Source: Octopus sinensis
Lineage: Eukaryota
Assembly (NCBI RefSeq): GCF_006345805.1
Contig: NC_043000.1
Location: 110,422,001 to 110,486,000, forward strand
Direction: 5' to 3'
Length of the DNA: 64,000 bases
Shown: one piece after another, positions 13,457 to 26,170 of the stretch
How the letters are laid out: every line of letters begins with the position of its first letter
Numbering within the stretch: the first letter of the stretch is position 1
Made by a program: the position numbers and the translations under genes
The notes under the pieces: generated by a model
Seen by the model: the letters and a program-made list of their open reading frames with translations, nothing else
What the model was told of the DNA's origin: nothing
Databases searched by the model: none

Positions 13457-14388
13457 GAAACGCATCTAGACTACGTGGGCAGAGATAGGAGTAGACGGGG
13501 ATGCAAATGCCTCAGAGTCCTGCTCAGACGCTTTCAATTGTCTGACAGGTACCGACTCGACCACCCGAATGCGCCAACGTGGACATTGAGCAACAGCATC
13601 GGGTCGTCGAGATCGTATCTAGATAGGATACTGTGTAGGACAGTAGATACAGTTAGCGTAGGGTGTCCACAATTCTACATAGTCAGCTACACGTATCACA
13701 AACTTGTAACGTGTACGCTAGACTTAGATAAGACACATAGGCAGAGTCCCAGGTACTGGAAACTAAATGCCTCTTTCCCATCAAGACAGGTTTTCAGAGA
13801 TCGAATTAGCAAGCTAGTAAAGAGGGCTTTGATGGGAGCCATCATCAACAACAAATAGTGGCTTGCCCTCAAGGGAGCAATAAAAGCAGAAGTGATTATG
13901 TATAACAAAGCACTAACCATAGATAGAAACAGAGTAGAGAGTGACCTAGTTAAGAAGTTAAAAGAGGCGATTAGAAGTGGCATCGCATCCGAGGTTTTGG
14001 TGGCGAGGTTGGCCCTCGACCAACACATCAACGCCAAACACGAAGAGCGTGCTGTCAAGGCTAGGATGCGTGCTCTAAAGACTGAAGGTGTTGGAGCCGC
14101 CCGAGAGGCCCGGGTGGCTGAGGTGCAACAGGGCAACAAAGCCACCATTCGGTCTCTGGTAGATGAACAGGCGCGCGAATTACTCGAGCCAAGTAAAATG
14201 TGTGAGGTCTGTCAACAGCATTTTGTCCGACTGTTCGGGGCGAGTGGCGAGCGAGAACGCAAGGTGGACTTCAGTGCCTATCTGCACAACCTACCACGAC
14301 TCCCGACAAGAGAGGCAGAGCGCTGAGAAAGTGCCATCACAGCGGTGGAATTGCGGGACGCGATGGCAGAATGCTCGCGGGACAAATC
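13454..14388 (+). pseudogene. Tx1/L1-clade LINE ORF2 fragment (end of AP endonuclease plus linker)
   Basis: Translates as DRYRLDHPNAPTWT..SYLDRIL..SYTYHKLV..RYWKLN, then NK*WLALK, AVKARMRALKTEG, IRSLVDE, MCEVCQQHFVRLF and ITAVELRDAM. It has an in-frame stop at 13856-13858 and a frameshift near 14326. Confidence 0.85.
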
Positions 14389-15031
14389 GATGGCAAAACG
14401 TTTCGTCGCCCTTCTGTCACCTCGTCGCTTGTCCAATCTAACTCCATCCGTTGTAAATCAGCTATTGGCAAGTTTTATTTCATAATCATAGTTTAGTGGT
14501 GGTGGTGTGTATTCTTTCTTTCTTTCTCTCTCTCTTTCTCTCTCTCCCTCTCACACACACAGGCTCACATTCCCTCTCTTTGTTTACTGCTATTTGTTTC
14601 ACTTCTCTCTTACATTCAACTTTATCCATGTCTGTTTAATATACGAAGTAATTCTATCGTGTTTTCACCTGCTGCTCTTTTGTCAGTGTGAGAGAATCTA
14701 CATTTTTTTTCCTCATTTTTAACTTCGGACCTGCAGCTCTATTGTATTGTGACTTTTTCAATTGTATGATTGTGAGTCTTTTGTTATCGTTTCCAAAATC
14801 AATTTCTTTTTATTTCTTTATTTTTTGTCTATCGGTATTATTTATTTTTGTTATTCAATTTATTCCCATTATTTTATATTAATAGTAATTCTTTCTCACG
14901 GGGGCGGGTTTTAAATGCTGAGAGATGTCGTTCGTTAAATGTATGTATAAATCAAATTACGCGCCTGATAGAGCCATTATGGTATATACCCTTAATATTA
15001 CTTTGTTATGTGTGAATATATTACTTAACCG

Positions 15032-15078
<47 letters not shown>

Positions 15079-15112
15079 TAATATATACATATATATATAT
15101 ATATATATTTGT

Positions 15113-15461
15113 TAAACGGGACGTAAAACATTAAGGCAAGGCAAACATTCAAAGTTGTATACAATATAGGAAGAAATTCAAAATCTTACACAGCTGTTTC
15201 TGTGATATCCCCGAGTATGGGATATTCCGCCATCAGAATCAAATAAGGGGGGAAACTATGGAAAATGAAAATAATATATATTAATAAGATGACAACATAG
15301 AGGAAGGGAGTCAATTTTTTATCCTATTTGTCTCTGATGACTGAATATGCCATACTCGAGGATATCACAGAAACAGATGTAAGATTTTTAATTTCTTCCT
15401 ATAATAATATTGTATATAACTTGAGAGGTTTGCCTCGTCTTAATGTTTGACGACCTGTTTA
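15113..15461. mobile_element. Inverted pair of hammerhead-bearing short units
   Basis: 15113-15249 is the reverse complement of 15322-15461. The plus copy has gtct CTGATGA ... GAAAC agat GTA agat (15330-15385); the base of helix II is degenerate. Confidence 0.6.
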
Positions 15462-15691
15462 ATTATTATATATCCGTTGCATCGGAAATCTGCAATGGGT
15501 CCATAACTACCATCTCGGCTATAATATTGGAGCCCCAGGAATCCGTTACAGCATTTACCCAGCGTACCTAATCGTTTAGATAACCTGTAAACTAAACCCC
15601 CATACTTTGTGTGTGTGGATATATTATATATTATATATTATATATTACATATATATACACATACACACACACACACATACATACATAACAC

Positions 15692-15781
<90 letters not shown>

Positions 15782-15880
15782 CCAGAGTAAGCACATAAAT
15801 GCGGAACAAGGTGAAAAAATAGTACTCGAATACCAGAGGTAGAGTAATATGCTTTATTAAAAAGCAACAAAAATATCACG

Positions 15881-15928
15881 AAAACTGTTACTCTCAGAGT
15901 TTCACGTTCCCGTTCGTCGGACAGTTTT
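15881..15928 (-). ncRNA. Minimal type I hammerhead motif with CCGACGA core
   Basis: Minus strand: aaaactgt CCGACGA acg-ggaa-cgt GAAAC tctgaga GTA acagtttt. Helix I is 8 bp and helix III is quasi-palindromic (actct-g-agagt). Confidence 0.7.
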
Positions 15929-16023
15929 GTTTAGAAAACTGTCCGACAAACGGGAACGTGAAACTCTGAGTAACAAACGGTTTTTGTGATATTTTTGCTG
16001 TTTTTAAAATAAAGTATATATAC

Positions 16024-16060
<37 letters not shown>

Positions 16061-16061
16061 G

Positions 16062-16108
<47 letters not shown>

Positions 16109-16110
16109 TT

Positions 16111-16668
16111 GAGAATTTACACAAAAAAAACCCCAAAAAACAAAAGACGAAGACGGGTATGTAAACAACAAACAGATGTATTAGTTTAACGCTCGGGAAC
16201 TGAGAAAGTCTTTTATGTTTCGAGCCTACGCTCTTCGACGGAAAGGAACACAGAAATAAAAAGGGCGAAAAAATAGAAAATAGAAAATATGTATATGTAT
16301 ATTTGTGTGTGTGTGAAATAGGACAAATAATAGAGAAGGAGAGACGGACAGATGGACAGCGCGAGAGGTTACAGCAGGTCGACAAAAATGAAGGACAAAA
16401 TGTTAACTTACAAACAAAAACAAACAAAAGAAATTAATTAGCAATATTGTGGACAAGGAACTGGACACAAAAAAAGTGGAAAAGGAAAAGAAGATTGGCG
16501 TTTCAGGTGAAACCTTTATCAAAGAAGCAAGAAACGAGAAAAGAAACAAGGAAAGAAGCGATACTCATTTGAATCACGTGTGCATGCTTGTGAAACATGC
16601 TGCGGACTGTGTGCGCGGATATATGTACGCGCGGTCACATACGCATACACACACACGTATATATTATA

Positions 16669-16724
<56 letters not shown>

Positions 16725-16879
16725 ATATATCTTATTTCTCAATACTTTATTTCTATCCCTGTGGAAGAGCGTAGGCTCGAAACATTAAAGACTTTTTCAC
16801 TTTCCAAGCGTTAAACTAACACATCTGTTTGTTGTCTACACCACCTGTCTTCGTCTTTTGTTTTTTTGGGGGAATTCTC
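16111..16879. mobile_element. Inverted pair of short elements (16111-16245 / 16758-16879) with degenerate hammerhead motifs
   Basis: Both carry aagagcgtaggctcgaaac; a third copy lies at ~58947-59135. Confidence 0.7.
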
Positions 16880-16894
16880 CCTATATATATATAT

Positions 16895-18443
16895 AAGAGA
16901 GTCCTAGCAAGACCACTGCAGTTCCTCTTTCAGAGCTTCCTTGCAGCTGGCAAACTTCCAAGAAAACTGAAGGAAGGTAAAATATGCCCCATTCATAAAG
17001 GAGGTAGCAGAGCGGAAGCCAAGAACTATAGACCTATCTCTCTGACCTCACACATCAGCAAGGTCATGGAACGAATAGTCAGAAGGAAGCTGATCACCTT
17101 CCTTGAAGAGAATGACTTGCTGCCCGACACCCACATGGTTTCCGACCAGGGAGAAGCTGTTTAACTCAGCTCCTACAACACTATGACTGGGTGCTGAAAC
17201 GGCCTGCTCAACCACGCAAATGTGGAAGTGATATATCTCGACTTTGCAAAGGCCTTTGATAAGTCGATCATGGAATAATATGTCACAAACTGCGTGATCT
17301 CAACATAGTTGGAAAACTGGAGAATGGCTTCATGACTTTCTGAAGATAGAGTCAGGTGGTAGTAGCCAATGGGGCCACTTCCATTAACACGCAAATAGTG
17401 AGCGGTGTTCCCAGGGCACTGTTCTGGGACCACTACTGTTCATAATGGCCCTCTCAGACATGCCCTCAGCCACGCAGAGAGCCACGATCACAAGTTATGC
17501 AGATTACAAAAGTTTCACAGGCAATACAGAACCCTGAGGACACTAAACACCTGCAATGTGAGCTGGACAAAATATACAAGTGGGCCGAAAAGAATAGCAT
17601 GCAGTTCAATGCTGAAAAGTTTCAAGCTCTATACTATCAGCATGCAAAACTAAATGCAATACCCAATGAATACACTGGACCCGGAGGAATAAGCAATCCC
17701 AGAGGCACAATCAGTGCGTGACCTAGGTATTTACATGAGTGATGACGCGACCTTTCGTGTACATGTTACTAAATTGGCAATGAATGTAGACGACTGGCCG
17801 GATGGATCCTCAGAACCTTTAGAACAAGAGAACAAGAACCATGATGGTCCCTGGAGGACACTTGTCCTAAGCCACTTTGACTACTGCCTCTCAGTTATGG
17901 TCACCATCCAGTGTCAAGTTGATCACAGAGCTCGAGGCGATCCAACGTAGCTACACGAAGAAGATAGCCTCTATGCAGAATGTAAGCTACTGGGAAAGAC
18001 TCAAGAGATTAAAACTATATTCCCTGGAGCGTAGGCGGGAAATATATGCCATAATATACATCTGGAAGATCCTGGGCGCCACTGCGTGGTGCCTAAGACT
18101 CCAAACTTGCCATCAAGATGTAGGACAAGATTCTGTGATAGCCTGGGCTTCCGAGGCCCACAGCTCTTCAATATCCTCCCGAAGAACCTGAGAGACCTGC
18201 ATGGGGTGGATGCAGATGTCTTTAAAATGAAGCTGGATCTCTTCCTGTCAGGTGTCCCAGATGAACCAACTTCACGGCAGGAGGGGCAGATGAGGGCAGC
18301 TGCATCGAACTCTCTCATGCACCAAATGGCAGTTGCTAGAAAGCTTTCGTGAAGTGAAACCAAGTAGCAAGACCAAATGGCGGTGCCCCAGCATGGCCAC
18401 AGCTCATAAGCTGAAACTAGAATCAATCAATCAATCAATCAAT
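16895..18443 (+). mobile_element. 5'-truncated CR1/L2-group LINE (RT domain, 3'UTR, (AATC)n tail)
   Basis: KNYRPISLTSHISKVMERIV, YLDFAKAFD, GVPQG-like motif, DLGIYMS, LKLYSLERRR and FKMKLDLFLSGVPDEP, spread over several frames. Confidence 0.92.
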
Positions 18444-19524
18444 CATATATATATATATATATGTATATGTACACATACGCACATACATATACGTACATAA
18501 ATATATACACGCACCAATATGTCCTTTTAAACGTCACTTGCAAGCTAGTACTACTTTGTAACCTGTACCGTGCTTTCGCAAATTTTTCCAGGTGCCTATG
18601 TAGTCGCCAGCGCCTTTAACCCAGCAGAACATCATGGGTGTGAAACCGAGGATAAGACAGGGGCTAATTCGCATTTTCAGAAGAGTAAGCTGAAGCAATG
18701 TGACATGATGTGTGTTGCTCAGAGATGCAACTCGCCACCTTGGTCAGGAATCGAACCCAGTTCATTAACGTTGACGTTGCGGAATACCGTTTTGCTCTGA
18801 CATATCAGTTCTTCCTACACATTTTTTTCGGCGGTAAAAAAGACATTCATTGAACGGGGAATTACGACAGCCATAAGACTGGAGGGCAATGAATGAGGTT
18901 TTATTTATAGCAGCGATAATTAATCCTGGTGAGGAGGAGAAGGAGGAGAGGGAGAAGGAAGAGGAAGAGGAGGAGGAGGAGGAGAAGAAGAAGAAGGTCT
19001 TCTGTACTAATAATAGAAATAATGACAATAAATTAAATTGATAAAAATCTATAAATCAGAGAGAAACGTAAAACCAAGAGGGACCGAGGCCGAAAATGAC
19101 AAAACACATACAAGTTCAAGGTTCAAAACTTAGCAACGGACTCAACCCCGTAGGGGAAATGTGTGGAAAAAAAATTAGACATCAGTCCCGCAGAGGAAGA
19201 CAACAGACATAAATGTAAAGTGATTAATTTATTGGCTTGAAATTGTGACTTAAGGCCAGCAAGATTTTGGTGGGAGGGCAAGGGTGGCAAGTGGACTACA
19301 TCGATACCGGTCTTCAATTCGTACTTATTTTATTGACCCCGAAAAAAAAGAAAGGCAAAGTCGACCTCTGCGAAATTTGAACTCAAAGCGTAAAGCTGCA
19401 CGAAATGCCGTTAAGCCTTTTGCCCGGCATGCTAAAGTAATTGACGTATAACGTGCCGTGACTGGATTTTGGTTGACGGAAACTGAAAGAAGCCCATGTA
19501 TGCATGCACACACACACACACACA

Positions 19525-19580
<56 letters not shown>

Positions 19581-19615
19581 GCGAATTACACTAAGGGTAC
19601 ACATGTTGATCGAAC

Positions 19616-20100
19616 AACTCAAGTACTCGTCGTCGAAAGCGACGGAGATCCATATTCAGTTTTATCTTGCATGAAATAGACAATGTGTTTATGAAAATGT
19701 GTGTGTATGCGTCTATGTGTGCATTTGTGCGTGCTTGTGTGTATCAATGGGCTTCTGAATGCGCGTGTGTGTGTTTATGTACTCGTGTGTGCGTGTGTGT
19801 ATATGTATATCTGTGTGAGTGTTTGTATGCGTGCGCCCATGAATGTGTGTACGCATGTGTGTTTATGTGTGTGTGTAACTCAAGTACTCGTCGTCGAAAG
19901 CGACGGGGATCCATATTCAGTTTTATTTTACTTGCATGAAATAGACAATGTTTATGAAAATGTGTGTGTATGCGTGCATTTGTGCGTGTATGCGTGTATC
20001 AATGGGCTTGTGAAAGTGTGTGTGTGTGTGTTTATGTATATCTGTGCGAGTGTTTGTATGTGTGTATGTATGTGTGTTTATGTGTGTGTGTGTTTGTATA
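19616..20100. repeat. Direct tandem duplication, period ~261 bp
   Basis: aactcaagtactcgtcgtcgaaagcgacgg...catgaaatagacaatg at 19616 and 19877. Confidence 0.85.
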
Positions 20101-20181
20101 TAGGTAAAGAGGAACACCTTCTGTGAAGTAAAAGAAAATATGAAGGCGAGAGCGTGTGTGTGTGTGTGTGTGAGAAAGAGA

Positions 20182-20234
<53 letters not shown>

Positions 20235-20425
20235 GATAGAGGTACAGGGGCAAGAGAGAGAGAGATTGAAAGAGAGAAAGAGACGAGGAGGATAGAAGAT
20301 TGGTGGTGGTGGTGGTGGATATGGTGGAGGCGGTATTACTTTGCTGGAAGGGAAACGGAGGCCTGCTTTTGCAGAGCTTGCATAGCAGGTAGGTGAGGTA
20401 TGTTGATGAATGTAGAGGGAGATAG

Positions 20426-20479
<54 letters not shown>

Positions 20480-20937
20480 GGAGAAAGTTGGTTAGGTAAT
20501 GGAGAGAGGGGGAGATAGGTATGTTAGGCAGGTTTATTAAGGTAGGGGGTGAGTGACGGACGGAGGGGTGGGGCTGGTTAGTTGTTAGGTATATGTTTGT
20601 GTGTACCTGTATACACACATATATATATGTATATATATATATATATATATATACATGTGTGTGTGTGTGTGTGTGTACACATACGCACATACAGACAGAC
20701 GTATATACGCACTCACGCATTTATGTATGGTACAGGTAAATAATCTACGTTCGTGTTTTTTTCGAGAGGTGTTATGGGTTGGTGGCAGTGGTGGGTGGGT
20801 GGGGTGGTGGGTGTGTAGGTGGGTGGGTGGGAGGCTTGCACCGGTTGCATACCTGAACTATGAATCATTTCAGACGCACAGACAGGCAGACAGACAGACA
20901 ACACTAAAACCTGCTGTCAGGTAAAGATCTGAATTAC

Positions 20938-20994
<57 letters not shown>

Positions 20995-21404
20995 ACAATA
21001 GTATTTTCGTGGAAACTAGCTTTTTTTCTGTTATGGATGTATATTCTTACAACTTTTTAGTAAAGTTTGCTGTTGTTGTTGTTGTTTAACCCCTGGGCAG
21101 TCCTGATTCAGCACAACTTTGAGCAGTGGTGGGATCGCAAAGAGGAGGAGTTCAGCCGGTACTCTTAGCAAATTCCATCACAATGCATTGGTCGGCCCAG
21201 GGCTACAGAAGAAATTTGCCCAAGCATATTACTCGGGAACAACAGATACAAGCGCACCCCGATGCAATGAAAACGCATTCAACATTCTCCTAATAAACTT
21301 CAGCATCAAAACAAACGAACGCAGAAACGTTTTTGGAATGATTTGAGACATTACCATTCCATTAAAGGATTTCTATGATTCGGTCGATGTACAAATATAA
21401 TTAA

Positions 21405-21560
21405 TGGCTGTGTGGTAAGTAGCTTGCTTCCCAACCACTTGGTTCCGGGTTCAGTCCCACTACATGGCACCTTGGGCAAGTGTCTTTTACTATAGCCTCT
21501 GGCCGACCAAAGCCTTGTGAGTGGATTTGGTAGACGGAAACTGAAAGAAACCTGTCGTAT
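21405..21560 (+). mobile_element. SINE-B head with CORE-like domain
   Basis: ggctgtgtggtaagtagc...ggttcagtcccac (B-box-like), followed by caccttgggcaagtgtcttt (CORE-like). Confidence 0.85.
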
Positions 21561-21589
21561 ATATATATATATGTTTGTATATATACACA

Positions 21590-21682
<93 letters not shown>

Positions 21683-21914
21683 GTCTACGTCACTAAAGTG
21701 ACTCAGAGTACTAGGCAAAAACCCATAATGTTTGAAATACCCTTATTTCTAGCAATACGGGTGCTGACTACTGCCCGCAGTCATTGTAGAAATGTATATA
21801 TTTCTGCCTTTCGGTTGTAAAATTGGGAACAAGGCAACCACCCTTATTATGTCTCTCTCTCTCTCTCTCTCTGTGTTTCTTTCTGTCTCTCTCTGTCCCT
21901 GTCTCTGTCTTCTC

Positions 21915-21951
<37 letters not shown>

Positions 21952-21984
21952 GTCTCTCTCTGTCTCTCTCTCTCTGTCTCTCTC

Positions 21985-22051
<67 letters not shown>

Positions 22052-22283
22052 TTGCGTGGGTGTTTGTCCCCCGCCACCGCTTGACAACCGATGTTGGTGT
22101 ATTTACGTCGCTATAACCTAGTGATTCGGCGGAGAGACTGATAGAATGAGTACCAGTCTTAACAAACAAACAAAAAAAAAAGGATACTAAAAATCCTTCA
22201 ATGTGGTGCCCCAGCATGGCCGCAGTCTAATGACTGAAACAAGTGAAAGATAAAAAATAAAAGAAAAAGGTGCCTGCGTTTAA

Positions 22284-22725
22284 GGCGATGAGTTGGCAGA
22301 AAGGTTAGCACGCCGGACAAAATGCTTAGCGGCATTTCGTCTGTCTTTACGTTCTGAGTTCAAATTCCGCCGAGGTCGACTTTACCTTTCATCCTTTCGG
22401 GGGATCAATGATAGTAAGAGTCAAGGACCGGAATCGATGTAATCGATTTACTCTCCCCCCGAGAATTTCATGCTTTGGCCCCGAAGTAGAAAGGATTATT
22501 ATTCGTGTGTTTGTTTTGCATTTGGTTTCAGATTTCGGCACAAGGCTCGCAATTTCGGGGAGGGGGCTAAGTCGATTAGATCTATCGCAGTAATCAATTG
22601 GAACTAATTTTATCGACCTCCAGAAGTCGACCAGGACGGAATTTTGAACTCAGAACGTAAAGACGGACGAAATGCCGCAAAGCATTTTTGGTTCGGAAAG
22701 CGAACGATTCTGCTAGCTCGCCGCC
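22284..22725. mobile_element. Tail-to-tail pair of SINE-A copies (+ then -)
   Basis: Head ggcgatgagttggcagaa at 22284 and the reverse head ...ctagctcgccgcc ending at 22725. Confidence 0.85.
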
Positions 22726-23181
22726 ATTTATGTTTGTTTTGATAATAAGGTTGAAAAAAAAAAATCGTCCGTTTTTGTAAGATATTTTGGACCTGGGTTT
22801 GTACCCTGTACGCAAATTTCATTCCCGTACTGGTGTGCCCAATGTGCCGCACCACGTGACTAAACCCAATATCACGTGGTTGCAAAGTGAGCTTCTTAAC
22901 CATTCAGCCATGGCTGCGCTTAGAGGAAAGAAATTTTAAAGAAACTGTAAGCAATCCTGTGTTAGGGGCCTGATTTGTTTTAGGGTGACGGACTTAATCC
23001 GTCAGTTTACTTAACACCACCATTTGGCCCATGGGTAATCCACACTGTTGTAAGGATTCGGACTGAGTACTCGCTCCATTGTATAACTTTTGCTCTTCCT
23101 TCCTTCTGTCTCAGAGACTGTGGAAAGGGTCAGAGAGTAATCCATTAAAAAATGTCCCTATAACATGCTTATTTGTATACA

Positions 23182-24026
23182 CTAGCTGACGTACCCCGGA
23201 ATTCCAGGGAAAGTGGGGCTTATCCCTAGGTTTCATTCTCATAATTGTTTCGCTAATCCAATAACAATACAAATTATGTAGCCCTTAAAACGGTTTTTGT
23301 GCATGTACAGAGAATATCGAACTGTCTTACACAGGATCTTGTTTTTAGGAAATCCCAATAAGTTATGAATACTCAAGTTGTGAAGTAATTTATGTAATAG
23401 CATGAAATTAGTTACCCGATAGTAAGAATTCAAGTAAAGTAACCCGAAAAGAGTTTTAATGCGTTCCCAGAGTATATAGAACAAAGGAAGAAACACTAAT
23501 AAGGTATGTATACTAAAATTGCTAAACACGTTACGTAATAACAAGCTAATCACATATGAGATAATAACAATTCAAAGTAAATAACTCTGAAAAGAGCTTT
23601 CGTGCGTTTCCAGAGAATATTACCCTCAGGGGCGCTAGTGTTGGTATATTCGTGAATACGTCACTAACCGAAATAAGTGGATCTATTGTTTAGGAAAATA
23701 CTATTTACTTGTTTAAGGGTTGTACTGGATAAATTGCGAAAATAATTCTAACAGTTCAAATGCTAAGAAATAAGCATACTCAATTTCATTTTTATCAAAT
23801 AATTTAGGAAACTGAATAGGTTATTTCCCTTGGCTATATATAAGGATCCCTTCCAGGGGCCCTGTAATCGATTTTTTTTCAACAATCTGAGTATGTCATG
23901 AGGTTTCCAGACATGAGTTCTACTCACGTGTCAAGATTCATCAAAATCGATAAAGTGATGTAAGAGGAGTTAGCTAACAACTCCACAAACACACTCACAA
24001 ACAGAATTTCCCACATATGTAGTAGA
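23182..24026 (-). mobile_element. Non-autonomous Helitron (Lep1-like architecture)
   Basis: Minus strand starts A|TC (24026) and ends CTAG|T (23182), preceded by the hairpin ccctggaattccgggg. It contains the ttcatcaaaatcg motif and an internal ~142-bp direct repeat. Confidence 0.7.
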
Positions 24027-24035
24027 TTAGTGTCA

Positions 24036-24082
24036 TCCTCAGTAGTAAGCGGGAGACCGGGTTTCAATTCCCCGCCAAGGAG
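24036..24082 (+). pseudogene. Internally deleted tRNA-Asp(GTC)-like pseudogene
   Basis: tcctcagtagta matches the 5' end of metazoan tRNA-Asp as I recall it (10/12), and gcgggagaccgggtttcaattccccgccaaggag matches the 3' half (29/34). About 26 nt including the anticodon are missing. Confidence 0.65.
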
Positions 24083-25415
24083 GCAGATGCATTGATTTTC
24101 CATGACTTTGAGGAGGCAGGCTTGCTCTTCCATGAATCTGACACCTAAAACAAGGATCTCCATTTAAAGATTCTGCCCATCTTCCCCTCACCATATTTTC
24201 CCTCTGGACAATGCGTTGGGGACCATTTTAAAAATATTTCGCTCTAGCATTCGAAACTCCCCCCAATAAATAACACTTTATTATCTCAGTGACCTTGAAA
24301 AATGTCATGAGAGCTGCCTTTTCTCGTCTTTTGTATTAGTTATTAATTTTGGGGTTTGGTCCCGAGGAAAGGCCCATGCCCATAACCTTCGCAGGTAGTC
24401 CAGAGTCTCTCTTCTTGAAGCTGACGGCTGCTGAGAAATAAATACCGCCTCCCCCTCCCCCCAAATCTGTACAGAAAAGGAATTCTGGAGAGTTGACTTT
24501 ATGTTGACGAAGGGGCGAGAATGATTGTCACCTCTTCTTCACTTCCTCATCAGAAAGATTGGTAATTAATGCAGGGCTTGGAAATGATGGGTGCAATATG
24601 GATGACGAGGGGGAATGAGTAAGGAGGGCATGAGAGGAAGTAACACGAGAGCAGCGAGCTCCGAAGAGCAGAGGCCATGTTAGATGTATGGAGAGGAGGG
24701 ACATCGTGTTTATGCAATAAAGGCTGGTGTGTGATGGTCAATGACCTGATGTCAATCAGTCGGGTGACCTTTAATCTTTTACCTGTCCTGTGTGTCACTT
24801 GTGACTTACAGGACATATTTTCCCGCTGTTCGTGCTTCATATATGATATTCATTCGTAATATTTTTTCAACTACCGAGTAACTTATGAAAGGAAAATAAT
24901 ATATAAATCAAACGTATGAAAAAAGGGGCTGACCAAAACTCTGAAAAGATGCATGAAGGCTAAGGACAGATTTATGAAAATGCTTTTGACAAGCAAAGGG
25001 TTAATCCAGTGTTAATATATTTAATGCTTGGGGGAAAATTCTTGAGCTTACTCGAAGTAAATATGCGGTGGCAAGCAAAAGGTAGAAGCTATGGAAATGC
25101 TTTGGACCGGAAAAGGTTTAACTAAATGTGACCGAGAATGTCTGTGGGTGTGTATAGCAATGGTAGAACACCTTTACCGGTCAAAAATGAAGCAGTACTC
25201 CATCTTAGTTTGCATCTGAACTTTGTCGAGGATTGGCAATTATTGGAGGCTGAAGTATTTTCTGATTTTGGAACCGAATCTCAGTATTTGGGATTCAGTT
25301 TTCTATGTTCAGGTTAATTGTTCGTTCGTCAGGGAAAATTCTGTGCGATTCTGAGATTGAATTTGTTGTGACTTCTAGAGTTTTAGCTTTGCTTTCAAGC
25401 TGAGCCCCTACCCAC

Positions 25416-25518
<103 letters not shown>

Positions 25519-25669
25519 TCCACACACGCACACACTATTTACACACAACCACACACACACTAACATACACTCTGACATACATGTACTTTCTGACACGCGC
25601 AATAACTTGATTACACACGCGCGCACGCACTCACGCGTTTACATTTTCTTGCCACATGTGGCGATTGTG

Positions 25670-26170
25670 TCTTTGAGTTGCTGAGGGCGACAACACTGAT
25701 TCCATTCAAGGCTACGTTTCGAGGTCTCTCTTATGGAGTCAGAGTTGGCTTGCTGTGAGGTATCTAGGCTGTCTGTTGACCCTTGCTAGGCATTTTTGGA
25801 AGGGACGGCATGTAAAAGTCGTTGTTTTATCGGAGGAAGAGTATGGATGATAAAACCGAAGCTTGGAGCATTCCAGATTTGATTGAATATCTTTACCTTC
25901 TTGCGGCCCCCAACTAGCCCCATTTGATGAACTCTTAAACTACTCCCCACTGTTTCTCTCATGAGAGGAAAAACGGTTGAAGACAAAGGCAGCCAATTTG
26001 TTTGGACGTCCTCGTTACAGACACATTTGAATGCTTTGCTGACCATCAAGTGTACCAACACTGTTTGTTCCTCCTCCCTTTCCTCCTCTCCGCACCCCAG
26101 TTATGTGGAAGGCGAGGACTCATCATCGAGTGGCATTGGAGTGTAGGTGTTCAGTAGATTTCGATTTAGG
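25670..26170 (-). pseudogene. Ancient degraded LINE reverse-transcriptase fragment (CR1/Jockey group)
   Basis: LMVSKAFKCV resembles LDISKAFDRV, and YSIKSGMLQASVLSSILFLR*NND resembles GVPQGSVLSPTLFLLFIND. Confidence 0.55.

Noticed and set aside
15480-15560. Possible Penelope RT motif (SAMGP..PS.L) next to a hammerhead pair
   Set aside because: Too short and interrupted by stops to support.
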